Assembly (NCBI GenBank): GCA_013265495.1
Contig: MU058824.1
Location: 1,329,111-1,393,110 of the forward strand
DNA length: 64,000 nt
Source of the DNA: Vicugna vicugna
Taxonomy: Eukaryota
Reading direction: 5' to 3'
Shown: positions 48,823-61,324 of the stretch, piece by piece
How positions within the stretch are numbered: position 1 is the stretch's first letter
Layout: each line of letters begins with the position of its first letter
Notes under the pieces: model-generated
Seen by the model: only the letters and a program-made list of their open reading frames with translations
Database searches by the model: none
What the model was told of the DNA's origin: nothing
Made by a program: the position numbers and the translations under genes

Positions 48823-49610
48823 TTCACACTGCAATTACTACCAAGAGTGGGTTCGGTTCTCCCCAACTGACCCTGTTGAAGTCTCTATAACATAACAAGT
48901 TAAAAGAACTTCCTGAGGGTATCGTTAAGCCCTGGGGCCTGAATAAGACTCAGTAGAGGGATCTCTACATCCTGAGGGCCAGGGTGGGGCAGCCAGGGCC
49001 ACTTTATGATGCTGGCCCCGGAAAGGGCCTATTCATTTGGATGAACCAACCCAGACACCCACTAGCAGGTTAGGGCTAGCCACGCATCCTCCAAACAACT
49101 CAAAAACCTCTGCTTTTAGTTTACAAATTTGAGCAAGTATGCACTTCCAGTGGGTGGATTTGGCCATCTGTGCTTTCAGAGCATTTCTGAGCTTTTGGTT
49201 CCTAAACCATGGCCTTGAAATCACAAGGACTGGGATCCTCTCCCAACACTCCATCCACATCACTTTCCAGCAACTTGGCGTCAGTGGGCTTTTGGTCAAC
49301 CTGATAGCATGTAAGTTACAGACAGGGTTTATCAGAGCTGGAGTAATCAGTCTCAGCCCCCCTAATGCCCACCCCCTACAACAGAACTGTATTGTAGGAT
49401 GAGGTCCAGAAAGGAAAAGGAGCCATCCCTAGATCACCCAACAGATGAGTGAGGAAACCAGAATTAAATGAAGTTTCTGTGTCCCAGTCCCCAAAGCACA
49501 TGTGGTTGTACATCCAATTATTTCTGTTGCAACATTGGCTGTAGTAACTCCACTTTCATTTAAATTGTCTCCCACACACTGAAAAGAGAATGAAATGTCA
49601 TAAGAGAGTC

Positions 49611-49766
49611 TTTGTTTGTTTTGGGTGGGAGGGTAATTAAGTCTGTCTGTCTGTTTATTTATTTGTTTGTTTGTTTGTTTGTTTATTCATATGGAGGTAC
49701 TAGCAATTGAACCTAGGACCTTGTGCATGCTAAGCACATGCTCTACCACTGAGTTATACCCTCCCT
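49611..49766 (-). mobile_element. tRNA-derived SINE, camelid vic-1 type
   Basis: Reverse strand gggagggtataactcagtggtagagcatgtgcttagcatgcacaaggtcctaggttcaattgctagtacctcc + (aaac)n + ttaattaccctccc. Confidence 0.85.
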
Positions 49767-50009
49767 CCTGGACAAGGGTCTTAACCCGTTAAGGATGCTC
49801 CTCAGGCAGAAACTGCTGAGAACATGCACCTTCTCCAAATTTCCTATGATGAAGTAAACTTATCCTTGTCCACAGGTGGAATTAGTAGGAGAGATCCAAC
49901 TACCTGCAGAGTGATTTTACAGTCTTGTAAATACTGTAGCAGACATGAAGCATCCTTCTTCCTTGTCTCTCCCATCAGTGTAGCAGTTTCTCCTCCGATG
50001 TCAGGTGCC

Positions 50010-50430
50010 CTTTCATTCATTCACTCACTCATTCAACCAACACTTCTTAAACATCTACAATGGGCCTGGCCCTTTGATGACACTGAGACATGGAAACGGG
50101 TCAAGCAATTCACTTGCCTTGAAGGGGCTCCCAGTCTATTGGGAGATACTCCTATATGACCAGCCCTGAAGGATGGGGAAGGCTAGAGTCAGAGAGTTTG
50201 TGCAGATCACCATGGAGACAAAGGTGAGATCATGATTCTGGTTTGGGGGTCAGGAAGGCTTCACAATGTTGATGCAATTTAAGCTGCATCTTGAAAGTCT
50301 TCAAATGGCAGAAGAGCAGGAGTAGGGAGCTTTCCTGACACAAGGAACAGGTGAGCAAAGGCACAAAGCCTGGAGGTGCATGGTGTATTTGGTAACGGGG
50401 GGGAGGCTGGGTTTCCGGAATGCAGTCACT
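50010..50430 (-). mobile_element. L2 3' fragment
   Basis: ttcattcattcactcactcattcaac...caggaaggcttcac...gagcaaaggcacaaag. Confidence 0.7.
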
Positions 50431-50589
50431 GGAGCTGTGTTATGTTGCCCTGTTTCCACTGAATCTCCATCACTAAAATATGGGTTTCTTGAGGTCGAGC
50501 TAGGGACTATGGATTATCCCCTTCTGAATTTCTAGCACCTACTCAGAACTCAACAAATTTTTTCCAAGTGAATGAATAAGAGAAAAGAA

Positions 50590-50830
50590 TTAACATGTAT
50601 TAGGCACTAACTATATGGGAGGCATTGTACTGAGTGCTTTATATACATGAAACAATGTAAAGCTCACATACACCTTATGAATTTGGTATTATTAGTATTA
50701 TTGTTAATATTATTATTACCATCCCCCTTTAACAGAAGAAATGACTATGGCACGACGCATGAAATAACTTGTCCAGGATCATACAGCCAGTAAGAGGCCA
50801 ACCTGGTCTTTAAACCCAGATCTCTGCCAG
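50590..50830 (-). mobile_element. MIR SINE
   Basis: taacatgtattaggcactaactat...aataacttgtccaggatcatacagccagtaag. Confidence 0.75.
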
Positions 50831-53689
50831 ATGAATGTGCTCTCCTGTTTCACGTCTGTCTCCTCACTACCCAGGGGCCAAATCTGCATCTAGTTCCTGG
50901 AGTCTGCTCTCTCACTGCAGTGGGGCTTGAATGGTGGGAGAGAGAGGCAGGGGCCCGGAGGTATAGAGCCTTGACTACCAGACTTGGGATTCTGGACTCG
51001 ATCTTAGAGATGATGGAAGGTTTAACATAAGCCAACAGATGTGCCCTGGGTCTTTTCAACACTTAGCTTGAGCCTCATTGTGGACTCAGAAACCGGGACA
51101 GATTTCCCGGGAAGAGGAAAAGTCAAAACTCCTTTGCTCTGTGTCATATGGGCACAGCCAGATATCTGAGAAGTGGTGAGTGGGACAAGAGCCCGAAAGG
51201 GTTAAGGCTTCCTCCACGTGATAGTCTCAAACATCTGGCTCTTTTCTGTGCTCTAAATTTGGAACAACTAGCTATCCACTTCCTCCTAATCAAGATAAGG
51301 CCAGGGCCGAGAATCCAGGCAATTGTGCTAGGTCATTTAATTGCCTTCCTCTAGAAAACCTTGAGCCAGCCATAGGGAAATTCTCTGGCCAACGCAAAGA
51401 ATAAAGGTCAACGGCATGTCGCATCCTGATGCCTTTTACAGACCCCAGGAGCCACAGGAGAAATCAATTCCAGTCAAACGAGTTGTGAAATTTTTTTTAA
51501 AAAGTGGAGCCAATATTTTAAGATTCTCCAGGTCATGGAAAAATAGACACTAAGAACATGAAAACAATATCAAGTGTCTCCAAAAGCACAAAATTTACTT
51601 CTCACTGTTTTCTAAATAAAACCAGACCAATTCAATCAAGGGGGCTGTGTTCTTTAACTCACCACAAAATGATGTTATGAAGTATTAGTGGGAAAAATAA
51701 GATTACCAGTTATTCCTACTTTTCCTGGCTACCCACAATTTTGTTATTAACTATGCTTTCTTTCTCAAAGCTTTTTTCCCCTGACTATAAAAGTAATACA
51801 TATTCACTGTTGAAATTTTGGAAAATAAAGAAAAAAACAAAGAAATAAAAATCACTGTAACCCACCATTAAGTCTTTTTTTTTTTTTACAAAAACCAAGG
51901 TCATATTGTTTATAGAATCTCTTATTCTTTTTTCATTTAGCATTTATCTGTAGCTTAATCCTATATGCCCAATATTCTTCAAATATGTCATTTTTATCAT
52001 TTATATCAGATTGATCAGTGTGGATGTACCATAATTAATCTGACTGAACACTCAGGCTATTTCCAGTCTTCTGATTTTATAGATGAAAATGCAAAACATC
52101 CTGATACAAATATCTTTGCCTTACTCGCTAAGGGTTTCTTTTTGAGGTAAAATGACTAAGCCAAGGGGTATGAAAAACTTAAGGTTCCTGATAGATACTG
52201 TCAAATTGCCGTCCATTTGTTCAACAGATATTAATTCGGTGCTCCAATGCCAAGCACGGTTCTGGGCGCTGGAGATACCACAGAGAATAAGAGACAACCT
52301 TTCTGTCCTGAGGAGCTATATTCTAACGTGGTATCAACTTATCTTCCCACCAGCCATGGATGAGAATACCTGGCTCCTCAATCCCTCATTAGCATGATGC
52401 TCTTTCAATAATCAACCTTGGAGAAAACAAAAAGAATCAACCTTAGGTAACCTAATAGTCAAAAAATGTTCTTTCAACTATTGCTTTAATTTGCTATTTT
52501 CTGATAAAGACAAGTGCAGATGTAGCAATCATCTCCATTTGTGTCTGTGAACTGTTTGATCATGCTCTTTTTTTTTGGTATTAAGATGTTTGCCTCTTCT
52601 TATTGGCAAAGCTTTTAATATGCTCTAGACATGAATTTGCTGCCTGCTGTATTTTAGAGATATTTTTCATTTGCACTCTGGATTTCTATGGCAATTTCTA
52701 ACTTTTCATTTGGCAAATCTTGAGCCCTTTCCAGGCATGGGGGATGGAGCCATGGACAGAAACAAACATGTTCCCTGGTGGAACTGGCAGCCCCGCAGGG
52801 GAGACAGATCTGCTTTATGAGAGAATGAGGCAAGGGAGTGAGGGACAGTGTGTGAGGACCCCTCTGGTGGCTGAGGGCATGGCAAGTACCTTAGGGAGAG
52901 CTCCTGGGGGACAGAGGCTACCCTGGGGAGGTATCCAGAGAGTGGTCTTCAGGAAAAACCACAAGGAGTGAGGGAAGCCAAACAAGAGAAAGGAGGGGCT
53001 TTAATAGGTAACACCTAACTCGCTCCTGATCTGCAGCTGTATCAGGAACATAAACGGCACAGCAGGGCTTCTCTCCTTGAGGCAAGGGTGGGTGGCCTTT
53101 TGTGAATCCACCCCCCTCCAAGTCAGACCGTGCTTATGAGATGCTCCTGGAGGGTGGGAGAACGTGGCCTCCCTGGTAGGTGGCTCCCCAGAAGAGGCTC
53201 CTGTGGGGGCATGCAAAAGACATGATCCCCTACCTTGAAGAGTCCCTGTGACCGTGCTTAGCAAAGGCTCTGAGGAATCCTGTAATATAGAAACTTGTTT
53301 AACATTGCTCAAATCCACATCTCCCAAGAAATCACAGAGGAACAGGTAAACAGAAAGGACAGCATAACAGAATAAAGGGTCAACTCCAGGTGAAAGATAG
53401 AGGCCTGGACTACAGCGGTCCAGAAACACAGAGCAGCGGGTGTGCTGAGTTAAAAACCACAGGACTTAATTGAAGCCTGGATATGGAACAAGAGAAAGGG
53501 AAATGTCAAGGACAACTCCTGGGTTTCTAAGTTGAGCATCCGGATGATGACACATCATTCTCGGAGAAGGACTGGGTCTGAGATCAAGTGGAAGGTTGAG
53601 AGTGGAGGGTTGGGGGAGGAACATGCATTTGCAAATAAATGTTGTCCTTGGACATTGTAAGTTAATAAATGCCAGCAAAATGTGGAGCC

Positions 53690-53900
53690 ACGGGAAGAGC
53701 CCTGGACTAAAGACTTGGGTTCCTGATTCAGTTCTAACAACAAGTAATTCTATGCCCCTGAGAAGGTCCCTTCACCCCACTAAGCCTCAGTTTCCCCACC
53801 TGAAAAATATAGATAATAGGTCCTATTCTAACTACTTCACACCGTTGTCATTTTGATGAAATAAAACGGTAGAAATAAAAATGTGTCCTAAATTGTAGAA
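53690..53900 (+). mobile_element. MIR SINE
   Basis: aagcctcagtttccccacctgaaaaat core. Confidence 0.7.
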
Positions 53901-53929
53901 TGCAACCCAAACACAGAGGCATTACGGTG

Positions 53930-53949
53930 ATTACCACTAGAGGGCGCCT
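53930..53949 (+). promoter_or_regulatory. Strong CTCF consensus site
   Basis: CCACTAGAGGGCGC at 53934-53947 is an exact match to the CTCF core; nearby CpGs retained. Confidence 0.75.
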
Positions 53950-54339
53950 CAGCCACAACGCCCCAAGGAATTAAGTCAGCATAAGACGTGAGGTCAACAG
54001 ACCCAGAGACATACATTTAGGGAGTGGCTCTGTTATAAAACCAACTACACAGATTCACTTACAATCATCCCCACAACATTTTTTTTCAGGCAGGAAATTT
54101 TCTTCTCTGTCATTAATGTCTCTCATTCTTACACACCCAGCGCTTTCAACCATCAAAACCTACTGTCAAGAAATCATCCGCTGATTGGCATTAAAGAGAA
54201 AGTGCCAAGAAAGCCTGAAGTGTTTTCTTCCCGGGGTGCATCCCCTCCTCAGCAGAGAATCAAATCCCCTGCCGGAGGTGGGGATTTCTGACGGGGGAAT
54301 TGGGGCACAGGGAATACGCACAGAGGGACTGAAAGTGAA

Positions 54340-54630
54340 ATCAGCTGGTCACAAAGGGACAAATACTGTATGATTCCACTTTTGTGACAGAGCTGGCATC
54401 ATCAAAGTCCTGGAGACAGAAAGCAGAATGGGGATAATTCTGCTGGGGATGGGGATAATGGAAAGTTAGTGTTGAATGGGTACAGAGAGTTTCAGCTTCA
54501 CAAGATGAGAAGAGTTTTGGAGCTGGATGGAGGTGATGTTTGCACAACGATGTGAATGTACTTAATGCCATTGAAATGTACACTTAAAAATGGTTAGGAA
54601 GATAAATTGTATGTGTATTTTACCATAATA
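54340..54630 (+). mobile_element. L1MB-like 3'UTR
   Basis: gtcacaaagggacaaatactgtatgattccact...gaatgggtacagagagtttcag...gtacacttaaaaatggtta...tattttaccataat. Confidence 0.85.
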
Positions 54631-54649
54631 ATAAAGAGGTATTGAGGAG

Positions 54650-55133
54650 GTTGGAGGTCACATCATTATATATTTGTCAAAACCCATAGAACGTACACCA
54701 CCAAGAGTGAGCTCTAATGTAAACTACGGACTCTGGGTGATAATGATGTGTCACATTGGGTTCTTTCATTGCAACAAACATACAGCTGACCCTTGAACAA
54801 CACGGGGGTTAGGGGTGCTGACCCTCTGTGCAGTTGAAAATCCAAGTGTAACTTATAGCCAGCCCTCCAGGACCACAGTTCCTCTGTCTCTGCGGTTCCA
54901 CATCCACAGATCCTATAGTACCGTCGTATTTACTATAGAAAACAAACCGCATATAAGTGGGCCCATGCAGTTCAAACCTGTGTTGTTCACTCTGGTGCTG
55001 GGTGCTGACAGCAAGGGAGGCTGTGCAGGTGTAGGGGCAGGGGGCATATGGGAAACATCTCTATACCTTCTACTCAATTATGCTGTGAGTCCAAAACTGC
55101 TCTAAAAATATAATGTTTCTAAAATAAACCGTC
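54650..55133 (+). mobile_element. L1MC-like 3' terminus flanked by a 22-bp direct repeat
   Basis: cattatatatttgtcaaaacccatagaa...taatgtaaactacggactctgggtgataatgatgtgtca...ccaaaactgctctaaaaat; repeat ataataaagaggtattgaggag at 54628-54649 and 55134-55155. Confidence 0.8.
54783..54988 (-). mobile_element. Tigger2a-type MITE nested in the L1MC fragment, right end clipped
   Basis: ta|cagctgacccttgaacaacacgggggttaggggtgc...catataagtgggcccatgcagttcaaacctgtgttgttc; the terminal aagggtcaactg is missing. Confidence 0.8.
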
Positions 55134-55549
55134 ATAATAAAGAGGTATTGAGGAGCTTCGTGGTGCTTGTCCTGCTGCTCAGGCATTCAAGCCCCAGAGA
55201 CAGAGCCTGCTACCACACACATGTATGCACGCATGCACAGCCTCGCCCAGTCTTCTGCAGCCGGCTAGGCTAGGAGAGCTGATCTGAGTCATTTGGGCCC
55301 ATTTGGGGTTCACTCTGGAGCTTTTATATTCAAAGGAATCTTTGTTCTTGCTGTGGAACCATTTCTCGTCCCATTTAGCTCTTACATAAAACATGCTTTG
55401 GATCTGATATATGGGAAAAAAAAACATTACCCATTTTATTCATTTTGAATAAACCAAAAATAACTATCCTCCCATTTCCTGGAGCCAATAAAGACTGTTT
55501 GGAAAGGACAGGGGAAAAAAGGACATGAAATAAGAAAAAGAACCCCAGG

Positions 55550-55712
55550 CTGGGCCTACAGAAGTCTGGGTTTAAAACCTGGCCCTGCCCCTCATCTGCT
55601 GTATGACCTTGGGCAAGTCCTTGCCCCTCTCTGGGCCTTAGGCACCTCATTAACCAAATGAGAGTGTTGTGTTGGAACCTCTGAGCTTTGAGTTCCCTTC
55701 AACTCTGACATC
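55550..55712 (+). mobile_element. MIR/MIR3 SINE
   Basis: gctgtatgaccttgggcaagtc...ctctctgggcctt...cccttcaactctgacatcct. Confidence 0.7.
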
Positions 55713-56284
55713 CTGCTTGTCTGAGAGAAATAAGACAGGGAGTTGAGGCATCTTATTTGGCCAGCCATCCAGGAGATGAATCATTTTTATTATTCAGAAA
55801 CTTTTCCAAATTAATTTTGATGTGCTCCTGTGTGGTAAGAAATAGCTAATGTCACCTCTCTTCCCATTCCTGTTCTAGTGTCTAGAAACAGTCATTAACA
55901 CTCAGTCTCCACTTCCTCAGCTCCCGCTGACTCCCCCGAAGTCTAGTTTCTGACTCCCCAATTCTTTGAAACTGCTCTTGTCAAGGTCACCAGGACCTGT
56001 GGCTGAATCAATAGTCACGTCTCAGACCTTTGCCTCCTCCCTCAACCTCTAAGAAACATTTCGACATAGGGGACCACGCTCTCTTTCTCAAGATATTCAC
56101 CTCCCTGGAGCCAAGAGGGAAAATGACCCTGCCCTCCCAGAGCCCCACATGTCAAGGCCAAGCTCTGTACCCACAGTGTAGGACCCAAAGCTCAGGCTTC
56201 AGTGCTGCAGTTGCCACAGTGTGATTTGCAAAGATTCACCTTCCCCTTGTCTTCATTTTACCACCAAATTCTAGATTCTCTGGG

Positions 56285-56850
56285 AAATTCATTCACTCAT
56301 TCATCAATTATTTGTCAAGAGTCAACTATTTACCAGCGCTGTATCAGGCAATGGGAATACAGCTGATCCTTGCACAAAGTGGGTTTGAACTTCGCAGATC
56401 CACTTATATGTGGGTTTTTTTTTCAATAAATACCACACAACTACACAATCTGCAGTAGGTTGAATCTGTGGATGCAGAACCGTGGATTCGGAGGGCTGAC
56501 TGTAAACTTACACGTGGATGTTCAGCTCTGCAGGGAATGGGCGCCCCCTAACTTCCCCCCACCTCATGTTCAAGGGCTAACTGTCTAGCAAGACCGGCAG
56601 GACCCCTGCCCTCCTGGAATTTATAACTCAATGGAACAGTGAGGCATTAAACAGTTAAGTACAAGATACACGTGTAATTACAAACGTGAGGGTTCTCTAA
56701 AGAAAAGGACCAGGTGCCGTGAGAGAGAAGAGCGAGGGGGACCGACAGGATGTGCGTAAATGCCACTTGGAGGGAGTGACCGTGACGCTAAGATCTGAAA
56801 GAGGGGGAGGAGCACTCCAGGCAGAGGAAACGCTGCTGGGGGGGTGGCCT
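56285..56850 (-). mobile_element. L2 3' fragment interrupted by a Tigger2a-type element
   Basis: attcattcactcattcatcaattatttgtc...; resumes gcaagaccggcaggacccctgccctcctggaatttata. Confidence 0.7.
56360..56583 (+). mobile_element. Tigger2a-type MITE
   Basis: ta|cagctgatccttgcac...gggtttgaact...tccacttatatgtgggttttt...tgttcaagggctaactg, both TIRs present. Confidence 0.8.
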
Positions 56851-57369
56851 GCAGTGGGGGTGGCATCTTGAAATGGGGACCCAGGGAACTTGGCATTGTC
56901 TGGTACCAACAGCTCCCTGCTTTTACTAGATGGAGGATTTTGGAGTGGCTCTGGGGAGGCAGAAGAAGACTCTGGAGGAGCTAACCCCCTACTCCTACCC
57001 CTATCCTGACACCCCTTGGCACTGCCGCTGGGGCCAGGTCCAAAGGAGGTCACCGCTGGACCATTTAAGGGACTGAAAGGGGCCAGAGTGAGTGAGAGGG
57101 CAGAGCAACGTCAGGGGTGTGAGGCCTGGATCCTACAAGGCCTCGGAGGATGCGCAAGGAGTCATCCAGTTCATGCTTTAGAAGAATCATCTTCTGATCT
57201 GCGGAGACTTAGTGGGCGGGGTGGGGGCAGGGGATGAAGGGTAACTTGTGGAGGCCAGTTCTTTTGTGCTGACCCTGCTTATTTTCAATAGGCGTAGAAT
57301 TAGAAATATTTCGCTACAAGGAAGAAATAAAATCCTTTTCCTTAGCTTCCTTATGGAAGGCAGGCGATC

Positions 57370-57645
57370 CTATCATAATGAAGCCCTCAGGGACCTGGAG
57401 GTGACCTGGTCCTGCCTCCTCAGTGCACAGATGAGGAAACCAGGCTGGCGAGGTGCAGGGCCAGGCAGGACCACGCAGGCAGCAAGCAGCACAAGTGGGA
57501 CTCAGGCCTCATCTGCTGGTCTCCAAAGTTCACATTCGTGGCCAGGTGTCGCCCTTGGATGCCACCTGAACCGACCTGCTTTGTTTTACAGGTGAGGAGA
57601 CTGAGACCAGAGAGAGAAGGCAGCTGTCCCAGGGCTGGAACCTGA
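57370..57645 (-). mobile_element. Two MIR fragments
   Basis: acagatgaggaaaccagg and ttttacaggtgaggagactgagaccagaga cores. Confidence 0.7.
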
Positions 57646-58789
57646 CCCCCAGAGGCCCCTCTCTGCTCCTTCCCCTGCACCAAGTTCCTTCCCTGTGAGT
57701 GGCAGAAGGGAAAGTGTCCCCTAAATAAATGCCATCACCACTGGGCTATGAACTAAACAATGTCCCCATGGATGGGAGCGGCCCCAGGCCATGTGAGGGA
57801 GTTGCTTCCCGGAGCAGCTGGTGTGGGAGCTGGAGCATTTGCTGGCCACCCGCTCTCCTAGGAACAGAAGGCTCAGGAACCACATTGGGCAGGAGCCCGT
57901 GGGAACGAGGCCTGAGCTCCCTTCTCCAGGGGCCACCTCGGCCACTGACGACGCTCCCAGCGAAAGTCTCGCCGAGCAGAACATCTGTACAGTGCAGGGA
58001 TCTGGTGCCGGGACGGCCCAGCTGCCACTGGGGCTCGGCGGGAGTCCACCCGTCCTGGGCTGTCACCTCTGACCCCAGGGAGACCATGCCTCCCAGGGTC
58101 CACATTGACCCGGGAAATCTGGAGTATGTTAGGGGGAATTTAGACAGATGTTTCTCTTTCTAGTTTCCTGTGGAAATTAAGTGAAAACGAGAGGCCTCTC
58201 ATTCAGGGGAGGGGATGAGATATGCGAGGAAAATGAAGCAAATAAATAAGTGAGGTGTTTGTTTGCAAAGCCGTTGTCTCTTCCTTTTCAGGGCTCGTCA
58301 GAAGGAAGTTAACCTCCAGCAGGGCAAAAACAGCAAAGCAAGTCCTTCTTTTTCTAAAGAACCATGACTCAGCCCTCGTGGACCAGCTCAGGCCCCCTGT
58401 CTCTCTCCTTCCTAAGCCAAAGTGGTGGCCGCCCCTCTGGGTTCACCCATCACCCTGTAAACACCGCCACAGTGATCTAGTTACTTGGACTTGGAGGACA
58501 ACTAGTCGTTACATCTGTCTTCCCTGCTAGCCTTCAGCAGACGCTGTACCTTAATCATCTCACATCCACAGCACAACAGAGGGCCTGGTACAGGAGAAGA
58601 GCCCAGCAAATGTTGGAGAACTGGATAGGGTACAGAGAAATTGAAGAAAGGAAGAAAAGAAGTAGAAAGAAAAGGGGGAAATACAAGTTTCTTCAGGGTA
58701 TTTGCAAGTTCCTAACTGTTCCCTGTTGATTTAAGCCAATCTCTGCCTCTTAGAATGAACATCCCTCAAGAAAATTCACCCATTGCTCT

Positions 58790-59200
58790 GGAGGAAGGCA
58801 GAGCTGAGCACCTCAGTGATGGTGGCTTAGAGATTAAGAGTTCATTTCTCACTCACATAGAAGTCGTCCTGAGTGTGCGGAGGCTGCTCTTTGAAGTCAC
58901 CACAGGCCCAGACCCCTTCCGCCTTGTTGCTCTGTTATTCCAGGGCTGTTGTGCTCATACTTGTGGTCCAAGATGGCACACCGCCTGCCTGCAGCCTCGA
59001 GAGCAGCAGGGGCAGGGGAAGGCACCTTTTCCCTTGAAGGGCACCGCTGCATCTTGAGGGCATCGCTCCCCTCACCTCCCAGAACCATACTTAACACAAG
59101 GCAGGCTTTTTTTAATGGTCTAAACATCTGTGTGCTAAGGTTCCATTCCTATGAAAGAGAGGGGAAAATGGATTTTGGAAACAACCAGATATCTTTTCCA
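58790..59200 (-). mobile_element. MaLR LTR (old MLT1-type)
   Basis: catttctcactcacatagaagtc...cacaggcccagaccccttccgccttgttgctctg...tggtccaagatggc. Confidence 0.6.
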
Positions 59201-61324
59201 AAATGACAAGTAACAGAAACAATTTTCACATATATCAAAGCTCCAGCATTTTCATTATATATGTGACCATCCCAACAAACCTGTGAGGAAACTGAGGCTC
59301 AGGGGTGGAAATGCCTTTGGACAAGTGTACTGTGGGCAGTGAAGGAATGGGACAAAGACCTGAATTTGTGGTCTAACCTGGGATGTCCGTTCAGGACCTC
59401 CCAGATACTAGAAGGGAGGGAAAGGAATCTATGACCAGGGAGCCATTTATGGGAGAAGGTCTGAGTTGAACCCTAGCTCAGTGTATCTGCTGTTGTATAT
59501 CTGTCCCCAGAGCTAACGTTTAGAACGAATGGGTGAGTGGTCAGCCTTCCCCAGGCCAGTCAGGCTGCACCTGGAATGCTGTGTTCTGGGGCCCAGCCTT
59601 TAATGGGAACACTGAGAAACAGAAGGATGTCTGGGGCCAAGATGGGCTGGAAAGGGCCTGGATGTCCCATCCTATGAGGAAAGAACCACAGTTGAACATT
59701 GTGGAGAAGGGCAGTCTGGGGGATGCAAGTCCTCATCTTCTCATCTCTATCACAGCGAGGACTAAGTGACCTCTTTGGGTGATTCTGAGGATCGGGACAA
59801 GGATCAGTGGGAAGAAGTCCCTGGGGGCAGAATCAGCACCAAGAAAAGATGGTAAGGAGAGTGGGACACAGGCGTGGCAGACGTGGCAGGTATGGCAGGT
59901 GTAGAAGGTGGAAAAAGCCTGGAGATGCTACATAAAAAATTCTTCTAAGGTGGAAGTTTTTCCCCGGAGGCTCCTGTGGGCGTGTGCAGTCACATGTGAT
60001 TATGTGCAGGACAGCCACACGCACGGACACACACGTGCTCCCCCAGAGTCAGGACCATAGCTTCCTTGAGAGTCACAAAGGAGTCTGTGACCCAAGCAAG
60101 GTGGGCTAGTCCTTGGGTACCTCTGGGGCCCCTGCCCATGGCCCCCGTGTAGGTGCACAAATATCACCGTTGACAAAGGATACGGAAGGTGAATTCAGTG
60201 GCAGGAGGAACAGGGGCTCTCGGGGGCCAAAGAAAGCACTGTGAGTGCCCCCCACCCAGGGTATTGCACAAAATCCAGCTACACAAACCTCCCACTTGGC
60301 AAGCTTAGAGCAGACACTCCTCTCCTTCCTGAGGCTGGAGTGTCCCAGCACCCCACCTGCAAAGGGTCCAGGGATCCCACACTTGTCACACACCAGACCC
60401 AGCACCTGGGATGGGTGCCAGCAGATTTCTTTGTGTGTCGCTGCGTTTTGTCTTCCACAGTGAGAGACCCTCACAGCCTTTATATGATGCCGGGGTAAAG
60501 GGACTTGTAAAGCAGGTGTCCTGGGGAGCAGCGCAGGGAGACGAAGGGGGAGGGGTGAGCGTGGAGAACAGACACTTGAGTCCTGGTCCCATCTCTGGCA
60601 CCAACGCCCTGAATGACCTGCCCAGTCCTCTCGATACCAGGCCTTGTGGCCTCACTCTTGCCTCTGAGCTTGGCTGGCTCTGGAGATCTGGCTAGGGTCA
60701 GGCAGTGGGGAGCGAGGGGAGGGAAGGGAGGGGAGGACCTCACTGCTCCTTCCACCTCGAGGTCTCTGGTTCTATGATGCTGAACAAGGGAGTCCTGAAG
60801 CCCTGGCTGCTTTCCCAGACCTGCAAGTTCCTCTGGTTCCGAGGGCCCAGTCCACTGGAGCAGTTCTGCACCCTGCTCAGCTGATGGGGCCGGGGTGGGA
60901 CAGCACCAAGAGGGAAGAAGGCCCCAAAGACAGGGTCTGGCAACCGCCTGACCTCACGCCCATTCTGCCCAGGCTCTTGGCAGCAGGTGGGGGCCAGGTC
61001 ATTCTTCACATGAACCAGCAGAGCCTGGGGAGTGGTTGAACACTGTGCCATGATCAGATTAACTTTTAGGAAGACCACTGTGCCAAGTGGGAGGAGGAGA
61101 AATTGAGATGGCAAGTCTGAAAATGAGGCCACTTTCTGGGTTACTTATTCCATGGTTCAGGCAAGAAAGGACATGAGTTTAACCTGAGGCAAAGCAACGG
61201 GATGTGGGGAGGAGACTAAAGAGACGGCCTGGGCCTGAGCCTTCTTGGATGTGGAGAGTGAGTCTAAGCGTGAGCCCTGGCTTCTGGCTTAGTTGGTTAA
61301 GTGCTGTTGCCTCCATTCAGTGAA

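Noticed and set aside
59870..59912. Short degenerate 9-bp tandem (gtggcag-like)
   Set aside because: Only 3-4 imperfect units without spacers; ordinary slippage.
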